Shown here one piece after another: positions 53,916 to 64,000 of a stretch of 64,000 bases of DNA. The translations under genes and the position numbers were made by a program. Each line of letters opens with the position of its first letter. Within the stretch, counting starts at the first letter, position 1. The notes beneath the pieces are model-generated. The model saw only the letters and a list, made by a program, of their open reading frames with translations, was not told the DNA's origin and made no database searches. Origin of the DNA: Piromyces finnis finn (Eukaryota > Fungi > Neocallimastigomycota). The stretch covers positions 372,001 through 436,000 of the forward strand of contig MCFH01000032.1 in the NCBI GenBank assembly GCA_002104945.1, read 5' to 3'.

Positions 53916-55336
53916 ACTGAAAGAATAGACTAGGATATCTATTCTATTACAATAACACCAAAATTTTAAATAGAAATAAAAAATTGTTTTTTTATAAAAA
54001 TATCTTTTATTATAATAAAATTTTTAATAATAACAATTACATCGATCAAATGATGAAAAATATCTTCTATATATATTTTTCCTAAATACATTTATATTAT
54101 ATTATAAACTATTTATTTCTTATATATTATTATTTAAAACCTACACTAAAATCCTAACTATTAATAAAATATTTAAACTATAACTATTTTTAGTAAAATA
54201 CAATTGGCAATTCAAATCAAGTACTACTCGATTTGAATATGTGCTCATGTATTATTTATATATTAATTATTTATTATTTATATACTATTTATCTATTTCT
54301 ATCAAAAACAATACTAAAACTAAGAAATTAAATTGAGAAATTTAATTATTTGTAGAACATTAATAAATTAATAATTTATTTTTTTTAAACTTTAATTATT
54401 AATAAATAAATTATGTCTCATTTTCTTTTTCTGTAATATAATTTATGTAACTTATAATATGTATAGAATATTGATGAACTTTGTTTAGGTTTTTCTTCTA
54501 ATCTTTTCCTAAACAAAATATTTATTTGTTAAGATTAGATAAAATTTTAATTTAACTTTAAATTTAATAAATAATATAAATAAGACTCTTAATTCTTTTT
54601 TTAAGAAATCAAGAGTTATTATTATAAGAAACAAATTATAATAATAAAGTATTTTTAATTTTATTTTATTAAAAAATTAATTATAATAAAACATATTAAA
54701 TTAAAGTGTAAATTTATTTCAACCTCGTTCTTATAATAAACTCGCACTAAAGATAAGTATTAATATTTATTTTTTCTTTTATTCTCAATTTATTAATATT
54801 ATTTTATTAATAAGTTGTAGCTAATGATTCTATTATAACATATAGTAGAATTATTACATTAATCATAGAAATAAAGAAGTTATCTTAGTGGTTAGTAACT
54901 AAGACTTTGGTCCGAATGTCTTAAGTTTGAGACCTCCAAATTACTTTTTATTTTAATTTTGATTTTGATTTTTTAACAACATGAAATTCTTTGATTGGTT
55001 AAGAAAAATGAGTTGTAAAAAAACTTTTAAATTAATTTTAAAAATTTTATTATAAATACGAGTGAATTTTTCCAAATATTTAAAAAATTGAGTTTTTATT
55101 AATTAATAAATTATTGTTAAACATTAACCTATTAAGTTAAAATTTGTGTGTTTTTAATAATAATTTTAAATATTAATAATTAACAGTTAATAAAAATGTT
55201 TTAAATTTACTAAGTTATTTTGATAAATTATTATAAATTTCTTTTTATTATTAAGAACACATTTCTTTACAATAAGAATTCCTTATAATAATAGACTTAA
55301 TACCTTAGCGTTAAAGAAATAGTTATAGATAAAACT

Positions 55337-55920
55337 TGTAATTATATAAAGTATATCTTTAAATTATTTAATAATTAATTAATAATTATTGAATAATAAT
55401 TTTGATATTTTAATGAAAAAATTGTTTATAAAATTTATTGTATAAATTTTATGGAATAATTAAATAAATATTAATTTTAAAATATCAAAGTTAGAAATGA
55501 AATTTGGATAAATATTTAAATTAATGGATAATTAAATTTAAATATTTTAAATATTCAAATTAAATCTTAAAAAGTTTTTATTTAATTAAAATTAGTTTAA
55601 TAACTTTAGCGTAGTTTTAAATTAGTATTTTTAATTATAAATATATAATAAATAGTATTATTAATATTTAATTAATATATAGGTAATACATGGACTGTAT
55701 TCAATTTGCAGTTTACTCAAATTGAATCAAAAGTGTATTTAATTAGTTTTAGTTTAGTTTTATTATTTTATTATTTAATTAAATTAGTATTAAATTAGTT
55801 TTGTTTATTTTATATTGAATATATGTATAATTAAATAGAATAGTATATTAAAATATAATTTACAAAAAATATAAATACATGTAAAATTTCTTGATTAAAA
55901 CGATGTAATTGTTATTTTCA
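55337..55920 (+). repeat. 5' LTR (or its U3-side portion) of the intact chromovirus
   Basis: 55344-55916 matches 61586-62158 with one mismatch seen; starts TGTAA. Confidence 0.9.
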
Positions 55921-56160
55921 ATTTTTTAATTATTAACTATTATATAGTTAATAATATTTTTAAGAGTTTAAATAAAAATGTTTTTTTTTAAAATAAAAAT
56001 TTAATGTTTTATTTTTTTATTTTTGTGTTAATAAAAATTGTTTTGTTTTAAGTATAAAATCTGTTTTAAATTTTATACTTTTACAATAACAATTACCTTT
56101 GTTCTAATAAAACACGTTATAAATTTTTTTAATAAAACATATTTAATAAAATTTTTTTTA

Positions 56161-56393
56161 CTACCGCGTTTTAGGGACTCTCTACCTTGCTTTGAAATTT
56201 GCTACCGTGTTTAGAAACTAACTACCGCGTTTTAGGGACTCTCTACCTTGCTTTGAAATTTGCTACCGTGTTTAGAAACTAACTACCGCGTTTTAGGGAC
56301 TCTCTACCTTGCTTTGAAATTTGCTACCGTGTTTAGAAACTAACTACCGCGTTTTAGGGACTCTCTACCTTACTTTGAAATTTGCTACCGCGT
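56161..56393 (+). repeat. 61-bp tandem repeat x~3.8 in the retroelement leader
   Basis: Units start at 56161, 56222, 56283 and 56344 (CTACCGCGTTTTAGGGACTCTCTACCTTGCTTTGAAATTTGCTACCGTGTTTAGAAACTAA); degenerate CTACCG(C/T)GT cores continue to ~56476. Confidence 0.97.
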
Positions 56394-56711
56394 AATAAAG
56401 GATTATCTACCGCGTTTTGGTATTGCTACCGTGTCATTTAGAACGACTACTTTGCTTTAGAGATATCTACCGCGTCCATCATTGTACTTGTATATATTGT
56501 GGATCAACTTTATTTAATCTTCCACCAACATCTACTATTGTACTGTATTTAATTTTGTTACTATATTTTTAAGAGCTCGTCTAACACCGTTTGATAGGAT
56601 AGAGTTACGACGACATCTTAATTAAAATATTGTAAAAAATTAAATAAGTAAATATTAAACATACTGGAAGAAATAAACCAACTTTTATCTAACCTCCACT
56701 TAAACGGAAAT

Positions 56712-59700
56712 ATGGACCGTCAAGGGGCGTCTTTGAGGATAGTTAATGATCCTCCAACTTTCTCAGGAAGAAGACAAGAACTAGATGGGTTCTTGACCAG
56801 GGTTGAACTAGCCATTGAAGCCAACCCTGATAGATTCGCTAATGATGAAGCGAGAGTTCGCTTCTTAATATCTTACTTTGTTAACAGACCTTTAGAATGG
56901 GCCGCTCGTTTACGACAGAACAACGACGCCATTCTAAGAAACTATGATCAATTTATTGCTGCCCTTCGTACCAATTTCGGGGATCCCAATAATGACACAA
57001 TTGTTGCAAATGGAAGACTTTGCAACATAAAACAAAGAAAGTTTGGCAAAGTGTTTGAATATATTAATGAATTTCAACGCGTTAGCCAAAACTCTAATTT
57101 CAATGAAGCAGCGAAGATATATATGTTCACAAAGGGCCTACATCCAAAAATGCGTGAACATTTAGCAATAGTCAACCCAAATCCTACTCAGCTAGAGCGT
57201 CTCTACTCTGATGTCCTTAGCATAGAAAATCTTACTAAGAGAAATGACATCAGCGAATATTATATGACGCACCAAGATAGAAGAAATTATAATCGTGACG
57301 ATCCAATGGATGTTGACCTATATAGGATTAGCAAGGGTCAACGAAACGTAAATTACTTCCCATCTCACAGAAGTAATTACGTTGAACCTTCTACTACTAG
57401 ATCGGATTTAAAGAAAAAAGGGGTTTGTTTTTCTTGTGGGAAGTCTGGACACATGCAGTTCAATTGTCCAAACAGGAAAAAGCCTAAGAGTGTTAAGATT
57501 ATTAAAAGGACTATCTCCGAAGAAGAAGCCAGTTCTTCAACCCCTTCAGTCAAAAGAATTAGACCAACCAAAGATGTTACTGAGAATGATTCAAACTTAT
57601 ATAAAATACACAAAAGTGAAAAGAAGAACATCATCGATTTTTATATAAAAACAAACGATATGGAAGAAGTGAAAGTCAAAGTCCTTATTGATTCCGGCTC
57701 TGATTTAAATTTTATTCATCCTGAATTTGCGAGAATTAATAACATTAAGCTTTACAATATCAGGAATCCTTTTAAGGTTTCTGGTCTTGGTCAAGGTAAT
57801 TCCACTGTTAGAAAAGAATCCGAAAAGTGTATTCTCCGTTTAAGGAACCATTACGAAGTAATTCAACTGTACTCGTTAAGGATTCCCGAAGTCGATGTTA
57901 TTCTTGGAGTACCTTGGATTGAGAAACATTGTCCAGTTTATTATCATGATTCCTCAAAAATTGCCTTTAGCTCCGGATACTGTGCTCGACACTGTAATGT
58001 AGGCAAAAGGAGAAATAAGGGTACAACCAATATGGATAAGAAATCGATGCCATCATCAAGAAAAGGGAAAGAAGCTGCCTTGGATAACGAAAATGAACAA
58101 TCCTCTTGCATTGACCGTGGTTTTTCCGACTATGACGAATCCTTTTGTTGTGACTCTAGTGATGACGAAGAAACTGTTAATATCAGGGGCCGTAGAACCT
58201 CCGTTAAAACCATTAGTAACTTAGATAGTTGTAATAAAATTAAATTTAGTGATAGTTTAAATAGCAATAATAATAATAATAATAATAATTGTAATTTTAA
58301 ATGTACATGTAATAATATTAATTGTATTGATGATAATTTAAATAAAGATAATAATTCGGTCACTGGACCAAAACAATACTCATTTTCAAGAGAAGTGATT
58401 AATAATAACAATTTTTGTGTATTAAATTCCGTTAGTAACTGTAATGATTTATCTTGTAATATTATTAATAAATGTAAAACTGAAAATAATAATTTAAATA
58501 AAGATAAAAAATCTGTTGAAATCCCAAATCAATATTTATTATTTAAAGAGGTTTTTAATGAAAAGAATTGTAATATTTTACCTCCACATCGTGAATACGA
58601 TTGTGAAATCAGATTAAAGGATAATTCTAACTTGTTTTATGGTCCTCTTTATCCTTTAACTGAGGCAGAGAGAGATGAATTAAAATGTTATATTAAAGAA
58701 AATTTGGAAAAAGGTTTCATTAGGAAATCTACATCTCCTGCCGGAGCACCAGTTTTATTTGTCAAAAAGAAAGATGGATCATTAAGACTATGCGTTGATT
58801 ATAGGAAACTTAATGATATGACCATTAGAAATTCATATCCTCTTCCATTAATTGGTGACTTATTGGATAGAGTGAAGGGTGCAAAGTACTTTACTAAATT
58901 GGACTTAAAGTCTGCTTATAATTTAGTAAGAATCAAAGAGGGTGATGAATACAAAACTGCCTTTAGAACAAGATATGGGCATTTTGAATATCTCGTCATG
59001 CCTTTTGGTTTAAAGAATGCACCAGCTACTTTCCAACATTTCATAAATGATGTCCTTAGTGATTATTTGGATGATTTTGCTATATCATATATTGATGATA
59101 TTCTAATATACTCAAATAGTCTAGAAGAGCATCATGAACATGTTAAAAAAGTATTGGAAAAATTATTAGAAAATAATTTATATGTAAAGTTAGAGAAGTG
59201 TGAGTTTGATGTTTCAGAAACCACTTTTCTTGGTTATGTATTATCCAAAGATGGTTTGAAAATGGATAGAGATAAAGTTAAAGCTATCCTCGACTGGCCT
59301 GTTCCTACAAATGTTAAAGAAGTCCAATCTTTTATTGGATTATGCAATTATTATAGAATTTTTATTAAAGACTTTGCAAAAATCGCAAGTCCTTTACATA
59401 AACTTACTAGGAAAAATGTTCCTTTTAATTGGGCTTCTGAGTGTCAAAATGCATTTGTTATACTTAAAAAGGCTTTTACTTCTGCTCCTATTTTAATGAA
59501 CCCTGATAGCAACAAACCTTTTATTGTTGAGACTGACGCTAGTAACTTTGCAGTCGGTGCAATTCTTTCACAAGAGTTTGAAGGGCAATTGCACCCTATT
59601 GCTTTTATTTCATCTAGTTTAACCAAGTCTCAAAGAAATTATCAAATTTATGATAAAGAGTTGCTCGCTATCAAAGTGGCTCTCGAAGAATGGAGACACT

Positions 59701-61547
59701 ATCTGGAAGGTGCAAAGCATCAGTTCGTCATTTATACTGATCATAAGAATTTAACTTTCCCAAGAAAGCCTGAAATGCTCTCACAAAGACAGATAAGATG
59801 GTATGAATTCTTATCTAGATTTGATTTTAAGTTAATATATAGGGCTGGAAAAAAGTGTGGCAAACCTGATTTGTTATCCAGACGTAGTGATCACATTTGT
59901 AATGATAGTAATAATAATAGAATTAATAAAAACATTGAATGTAGTAATTTTAGTTGTAATTTTATTTCATGTAATGTAATTAATACTTTTAATAAAGATG
60001 ATTCTTTAATCAATTCTATTTTATGTTCTTTAAAAAATGATGATTTATATAATAAAGTTTGTGTATTTTTAAATGAAAAAAATTCTTTGTCCCCTCCGAT
60101 TAGGAATATTAATAAAGTTAAAATTGATAAAGAAGGATTTTTACTTTACGATAATTTAATTTATGTTCCTTCTTCATTAAGAACTAGGGTCTTAGAATTA
60201 CATCATGATTCTATTTCTGCTGGTCACTTTGGTGTTAATAAAACTATTGAATTAATTAGTAGAAATTTTTGGTGGCCAAAATTTAGTTATGATGTTAAAA
60301 AATTTATAAAGTCTTGTGAAACTTGTTGTAAAGCTAAAGTTCCAAGACATAAACCATATGGTTTGCTTTCTCCTCTTTCCACGCCTAATAGAGCTTGGTC
60401 GGAATTGTCAATGGATTTTATTGTCGAGCTTCCTAAATCCAAAGACATGACTACCATTATGGTTATAGTAGATAGGTTAACAAAAATGGCTCATTTTATT
60501 CCTTTAAGATGTTTGCCTACTGCTTCTATAGCAGCTGATGTTTTTGTTAACAATATCTTTAAATTACATGGTTTTCCTGATTCCATCATTTCTGATCGAG
60601 GTACTCAATTTACCTCAGACTTTTGGAATCGTTTATGTAATTTGTTAAATATTAAACTTGCTTTTTCTACTGCAAACCATCCTGAAACTGATGGTCAAAC
60701 GGAGAGGGTAAACGGGATATTGGAACAATATCTCCGTTGTTTTATTAACGAAAAACAGAATAATTGGGTTGACTTGTTACCTTTTGCTGAATTTGCTTAT
60801 AACAATACTTTACAGCAATCAATCAACCAATCTCCGTTTTTCGCTAATTATGGGTTCAATCCAAAATTTAACCCTGAAATCCCTTCAGCGAATAGACCAA
60901 ATAGAGCTGAACAAAGAATTTTGGATATTACTGAAAACATTAAATTTTTAAAAGTAAATCTTGATCAAGCAAAAGAAACCTACAAAAAGTATGCTGATCA
61001 AAAGAGAATGGAATCCCCAGATTTCGAAGTTGGTAAAAAAGTTTGGTTATTAAAAGGTATTAATCCTTCAAATAAAAATATCAAAAGAAAACTTGCTGAT
61101 CAAATGCTTGGACCTTTTGAAATAATCAAGAAGGTAAGCCCTTTAGCATTTGAATTAAAACTACCAAACAATTTACGTTGCCACCCTGTTTTTCATGTTT
61201 CGTTATTAGAACCTTATAACGAAAATGAATTTGTAAATAGATCAGTAATGAATAAAAGAAAAAATGTTAAGTTAACTACTGATACTATTGATAGGATTCC
61301 TGATAAGATTATTCAAGAAAGAAATTATCATGGAAAGAAATCTTTCTTGATGACATGGAAAAATCTTGACGAAAATACTTGGATCCCGGAAGATCAAATT
61401 ACAGATGTACAATTGATCCAAGAATTTTATAGAAAAAATAAAAAGTCTAGAAAAGAAAGTCAAGATCAAGTCTATACAAGGAATAACAATGGTATGATCA
61501 AACATAGATATCAACCATTTGTAATTGATATTCCTTCAAAGAAATAA
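56712..61547 (+). CDS. Gag-Pol polyprotein, 1611 aa: Gag, CCHC knuckle, aspartic protease, RT, RNase H, integrase, chromodomain
   Basis: CFSCGKSGHMQFNC; VLIDSGS; YIDDILIYS; ETDASNF; HDSISAGH..CETC; SMDF..SDRG..TDGQTERVN; GPF; C-terminal FLMTWKN...TWIPE chromodomain-like segment. Confidence 0.97.
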   Translation: MDRQGASLRIVNDPPTFSGRRQELDGFLTRVELAIEANPDRFANDEARVRFLISYFVNRPLEWAARLRQNNDAILRNYDQFIAALRTNFGDPNNDTIVANGRLCNIKQRKFGKVFEYINEFQRVSQNSNFNEAAKIYMFTKGLHPKMREHLAIVNPNPTQLERLYSDVLSIENLTKRNDISEYYMTHQDRRNYNRDDPMDVDLYRISKGQRNVNYFPSHRSNYVEPSTTRSDLKKKGVCFSCGKSGHMQFNCPNRKKPKSVKIIKRTISEEEASSSTPSVKRIRPTKDVTENDSNLYKIHKSEKKNIIDFYIKTNDMEEVKVKVLIDSGSDLNFIHPEFARINNIKLYNIRNPFKVSGLGQGNSTVRKESEKCILRLRNHYEVIQLYSLRIPEVDVILGVPWIEKHCPVYYHDSSKIAFSSGYCARHCNVGKRRNKGTTNMDKKSMPSSRKGKEAALDNENEQSSCIDRGFSDYDESFCCDSSDDEETVNIRGRRTSVKTISNLDSCNKIKFSDSLNSNNNNNNNNCNFKCTCNNINCIDDNLNKDNNSVTGPKQYSFSREVINNNNFCVLNSVSNCNDLSCNIINKCKTENNNLNKDKKSVEIPNQYLLFKEVFNEKNCNILPPHREYDCEIRLKDNSNLFYGPLYPLTEAERDELKCYIKENLEKGFIRKSTSPAGAPVLFVKKKDGSLRLCVDYRKLNDMTIRNSYPLPLIGDLLDRVKGAKYFTKLDLKSAYNLVRIKEGDEYKTAFRTRYGHFEYLVMPFGLKNAPATFQHFINDVLSDYLDDFAISYIDDILIYSNSLEEHHEHVKKVLEKLLENNLYVKLEKCEFDVSETTFLGYVLSKDGLKMDRDKVKAILDWPVPTNVKEVQSFIGLCNYYRIFIKDFAKIASPLHKLTRKNVPFNWASECQNAFVILKKAFTSAPILMNPDSNKPFIVETDASNFAVGAILSQEFEGQLHPIAFISSSLTKSQRNYQIYDKELLAIKVALEEWRHYLEGAKHQFVIYTDHKNLTFPRKPEMLSQRQIRWYEFLSRFDFKLIYRAGKKCGKPDLLSRRSDHICNDSNNNRINKNIECSNFSCNFISCNVINTFNKDDSLINSILCSLKNDDLYNKVCVFLNEKNSLSPPIRNINKVKIDKEGFLLYDNLIYVPSSLRTRVLELHHDSISAGHFGVNKTIELISRNFWWPKFSYDVKKFIKSCETCCKAKVPRHKPYGLLSPLSTPNRAWSELSMDFIVELPKSKDMTTIMVIVDRLTKMAHFIPLRCLPTASIAADVFVNNIFKLHGFPDSIISDRGTQFTSDFWNRLCNLLNIKLAFSTANHPETDGQTERVNGILEQYLRCFINEKQNNWVDLLPFAEFAYNNTLQQSINQSPFFANYGFNPKFNPEIPSANRPNRAEQRILDITENIKFLKVNLDQAKETYKKYADQKRMESPDFEVGKKVWLLKGINPSNKNIKRKLADQMLGPFEIIKKVSPLAFELKLPNNLRCHPVFHVSLLEPYNENEFVNRSVMNKRKNVKLTTDTIDRIPDKIIQERNYHGKKSFLMTWKNLDENTWIPEDQITDVQLIQEFYRKNKKSRKESQDQVYTRNNNGMIKHRYQPFVIDIPSKK

Positions 61548-61578
61548 TCTCGCAGGAGCTCGACTTAAAGGGCGAGAT

Positions 61579-62162
61579 TGTAAAGATATAAAGTATATCT
61601 TTAAATTATTTAATAATTAATTAATAATTATTGAATAATAATTTTGATATTTTAATGAAAAAATTGTTTATAAAATTTATTGTATAAATTTTATGGAATA
61701 ATTAAATAAATATTAATTTTAAAATATCAAAGTTAGAAATGAAATTTGGATAAATATTTAAATTAATGGATAATTAAATTTAAATATTTTAAATATTCAA
61801 ATTAAATCTTAAAAAGTTTTTATTTAATTAAAATTAGTTTAATAACTTTAGCGTAGTTTTAAATTAGTATTTTTAATTATAAATATATAATAAATAGTAT
61901 TATTAATATTTAATTAATATATAGGTAATACATGGACTGTATTCAATTTGCAGTTTACTCAAATTGAATCAAAAGTGTATTTAATTAGTTTTAGTTTAAT
62001 TTTATTATTTTATTATTTAATTAAATTAGTATTAAATTAGTTTTGTTTATTTTATATTGAATATATGTATAATTAAATAGAATAGTATATTAAAATATAA
62101 TTTACAAAAAATATAAATACATGTAAAATTTCTTGATTAAAACGATGTAATTGTTATTGACT
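61579..62162 (+). repeat. 3' LTR region (matching part); LTR-like sequence may run on to a CA end at 63193
   Basis: Begins TGTAAAGATATAAAG after the PPT; identity with the 5' LTR stops at 62158. Confidence 0.88.
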
Positions 62163-63193
62163 ATAGTTTAGTTAATAACTAAATAAGAATAAATAAAAGA
62201 GGATATAAATAAATTTTGTTTTGTTTTTAATTTTTTATTTTATTTAGTGTTTTTGTTTTATTGTAAAAAATTTTATAATCTGTTTTAAATTTTAAAATTT
62301 TTACAAAACTTATGTTTTATTATTGAAGCATTTCTTTCAAAGCACATCAAAAATAATAATAATAATAAATTAAAATAAAATAATATAATAGTTAGAATTA
62401 ATCATAAAAAACAGAGTACAGCTAGTAACAACACTTGAGTTGTGGAGGAGGCGCTCAAAGTTATTTTATAAAAATACAAACTATAATTATTTTATAAATT
62501 TTAAATTATTTTTATTTTTTGGAACGAATTTCTAAAACACTTTTCTTTTCAAATTTTCTTGAAAATTAGATTTATTTGATAATATTTTAAAAAAATATTA
62601 CATAATAAACTAATATTGACTTCCTACACGTAAAAAGTTAGTCTTTGATTTCATAATACTTTTGAGTTTAGGTATAGTTGAAACACGGGGAAATTAATTT
62701 GTTCAACTCTTTCACACTAACAAGAGTTAGCTATCATAAAGAATTAAACAATATTACTTCCTATTATCGAAAGATATTAACATTCGACTTTACCTACTTT
62801 ATCGTGAAAGAGCTAAAGGAATTCTTAGATATTAGTTTATAACAAATTATATATTTGGTGGTCTAACACTATATAATTTGGTATATATTTTTAATTAATT
62901 GTTGTTAATAAATATAATTGAAGAAAGCTTTTAATTTTAATAAAACATATTTTTCTATTTTTTTTCTTTAAATTTGTTCCATTAAAAAAATTTTTTGGGA
63001 AGCTTTGTTTAATTTAATATTGATAATCGAAATATTCTTTTCTTATCAAGTTTGAGTTAAACAATTTATATTTCAGCAATAGACAAGCCTTATTGATTTA
63101 TTAACAGGGGCATATTAGGGGTAATAGTAAGAACCTGAAGCGCATGACGGAACTTAGATCTCGTGAATAAAGTGACAGAAACATCCATTACCA

Positions 63194-63972
63194 GAATGCT
63201 CCTTCAGTATTCCAAAGATTTATTCAGGACATTCTATCTGATGCTATTGGTGTCTTTGCCCAAGTATATCTAGACGACATTATTATATACTCCCGAAACG
63301 AATCTGACCATATCAAACACGTAAAACAGATCTTAAATACATTAGCAAAAAACAGCCTTTACGCAAAGTTAGAGAAATGTGTGTTTTACGTGAAAGAAAC
63401 TACTTTCCTCGGTTTTACTGTTTCTACGAATGGCCTAACAATGGACAAAAACAAAGTGAAATCAATAATTGAGTGGCCTGTCCCGAAAAATCTTAAAGAA
63501 CTTCAAAGTTTTTTAGGATTGTGCAATTTCTATAAAAAGTTTATAAAAAACTTCGCTGGAATAATGGAACCGCTCCGCAAACTCCTTAAGAAGAATTCTG
63601 AATTCAAATGGGATAGTGCTATTAATGAAGCATTTAATAAGCTAAAGAATTCCTTTTTAGAAAATGAACTTCTTATTTTTCCCTGACCCTGAAAAGGAAT
63701 TTGTAGTAGAAACAGACGCAAGCGACTTTGCTTTAGGATGTATTATTTCCCAAATATCCGAAGCCGATAATCTATTACATCCAGTCGCTTTTTATTCAAG
63801 ATCTTTAAGTAACGCTGAATTTAATTATACTATATACGAAAAAGAGCTACTCGCAATAATCACGGCTTCGACATCTGGAGGCATCATCTTGAGGGTGCCA
63901 AATATCCTGTACAAATTATTACGGATCACCGTAATTTATTGTATTTTAAAAAACCTCAACATCTTAACCAGA
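63194..63972 (+). mobile_element. Fragment of another Ty3/Gypsy pol (RT C-terminal half and RNase H), with an in-frame stop and a frameshift
   Basis: NAPSVFQRFIQDIL...QVYLDDIIIYS...ELQSFLGLCNFY...FP*PEKEFVVETDASDFALG...[10 protein letters not shown]~WRHHLEGA...TDHRNL. Confidence 0.93.
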
Positions 63973-64000
63973 TGTAAAGATATCAAACACCTCAGCTTGA
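63973..64000 (+). mobile_element. Probable 5' end of another LTR inserted into the pol fragment
   Basis: The pol frame is cut at ...LNQ-(R) by TGTAAAGATAT, the same 11 nt that start the LTR at 61579. Confidence 0.65.

Larger units (their letters stand above)
55337..62162 (+). mobile_element. Ty3/Gypsy chromovirus LTR retrotransposon, near full-length
   Basis: Direct repeats flank an intact gag-pol; polypurine tract AAAGGGCGAGA lies immediately before the 3' TG at 61579. Confidence 0.93.

Noticed and set aside
56161-56393. CRISPR array
   Set aside because: The units are fully repeated with no unique spacers, no cas genes are present, and the context is a eukaryotic retroelement.

Overview
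Extremely AT-rich eukaryotic DNA with GT-AG introns. Fungal dockerin (CBM10-type) domains, a CotH-dockerin gene and a solute-binding-protein/7TM fusion point to an anaerobic gut fungus (Neocallimastigomycota; inference). The left part (1-24 kb) holds spliced genes: a BTG/Tob-family gene, a P4-ATPase flippase, NAD(P)HX epimerase (with a 6-nt micro-exon) and an SBP-7TM receptor. The middle (24-51 kb) is an accessory, duplication-rich block. It holds a CotH kinase with dockerins, an intronless Bacteroidetes-type acyltransferase_3 gene, a secreted tandem DUF3237-like protein with an N/FG linker and dockerins, and two orphan ORF relics. It also holds a locally amplified family of small basic orphan ORFs: four intact 121-aa copies, two truncated copies and a probable diverged paralog. 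Two of the intact copies form a 1.29-kb-arm inverted repeat. The right part (51-64 kb) is a nest of Ty3/Gypsy elements: a decayed minus-strand pol, an intact 1611-aa chromovirus gag-pol with a 61-bp tandem array in its leader and asymmetric LTRs, a further pol fragment, and the first bases of another LTR. All family calls are from motif recognition by eye; no searches were run.
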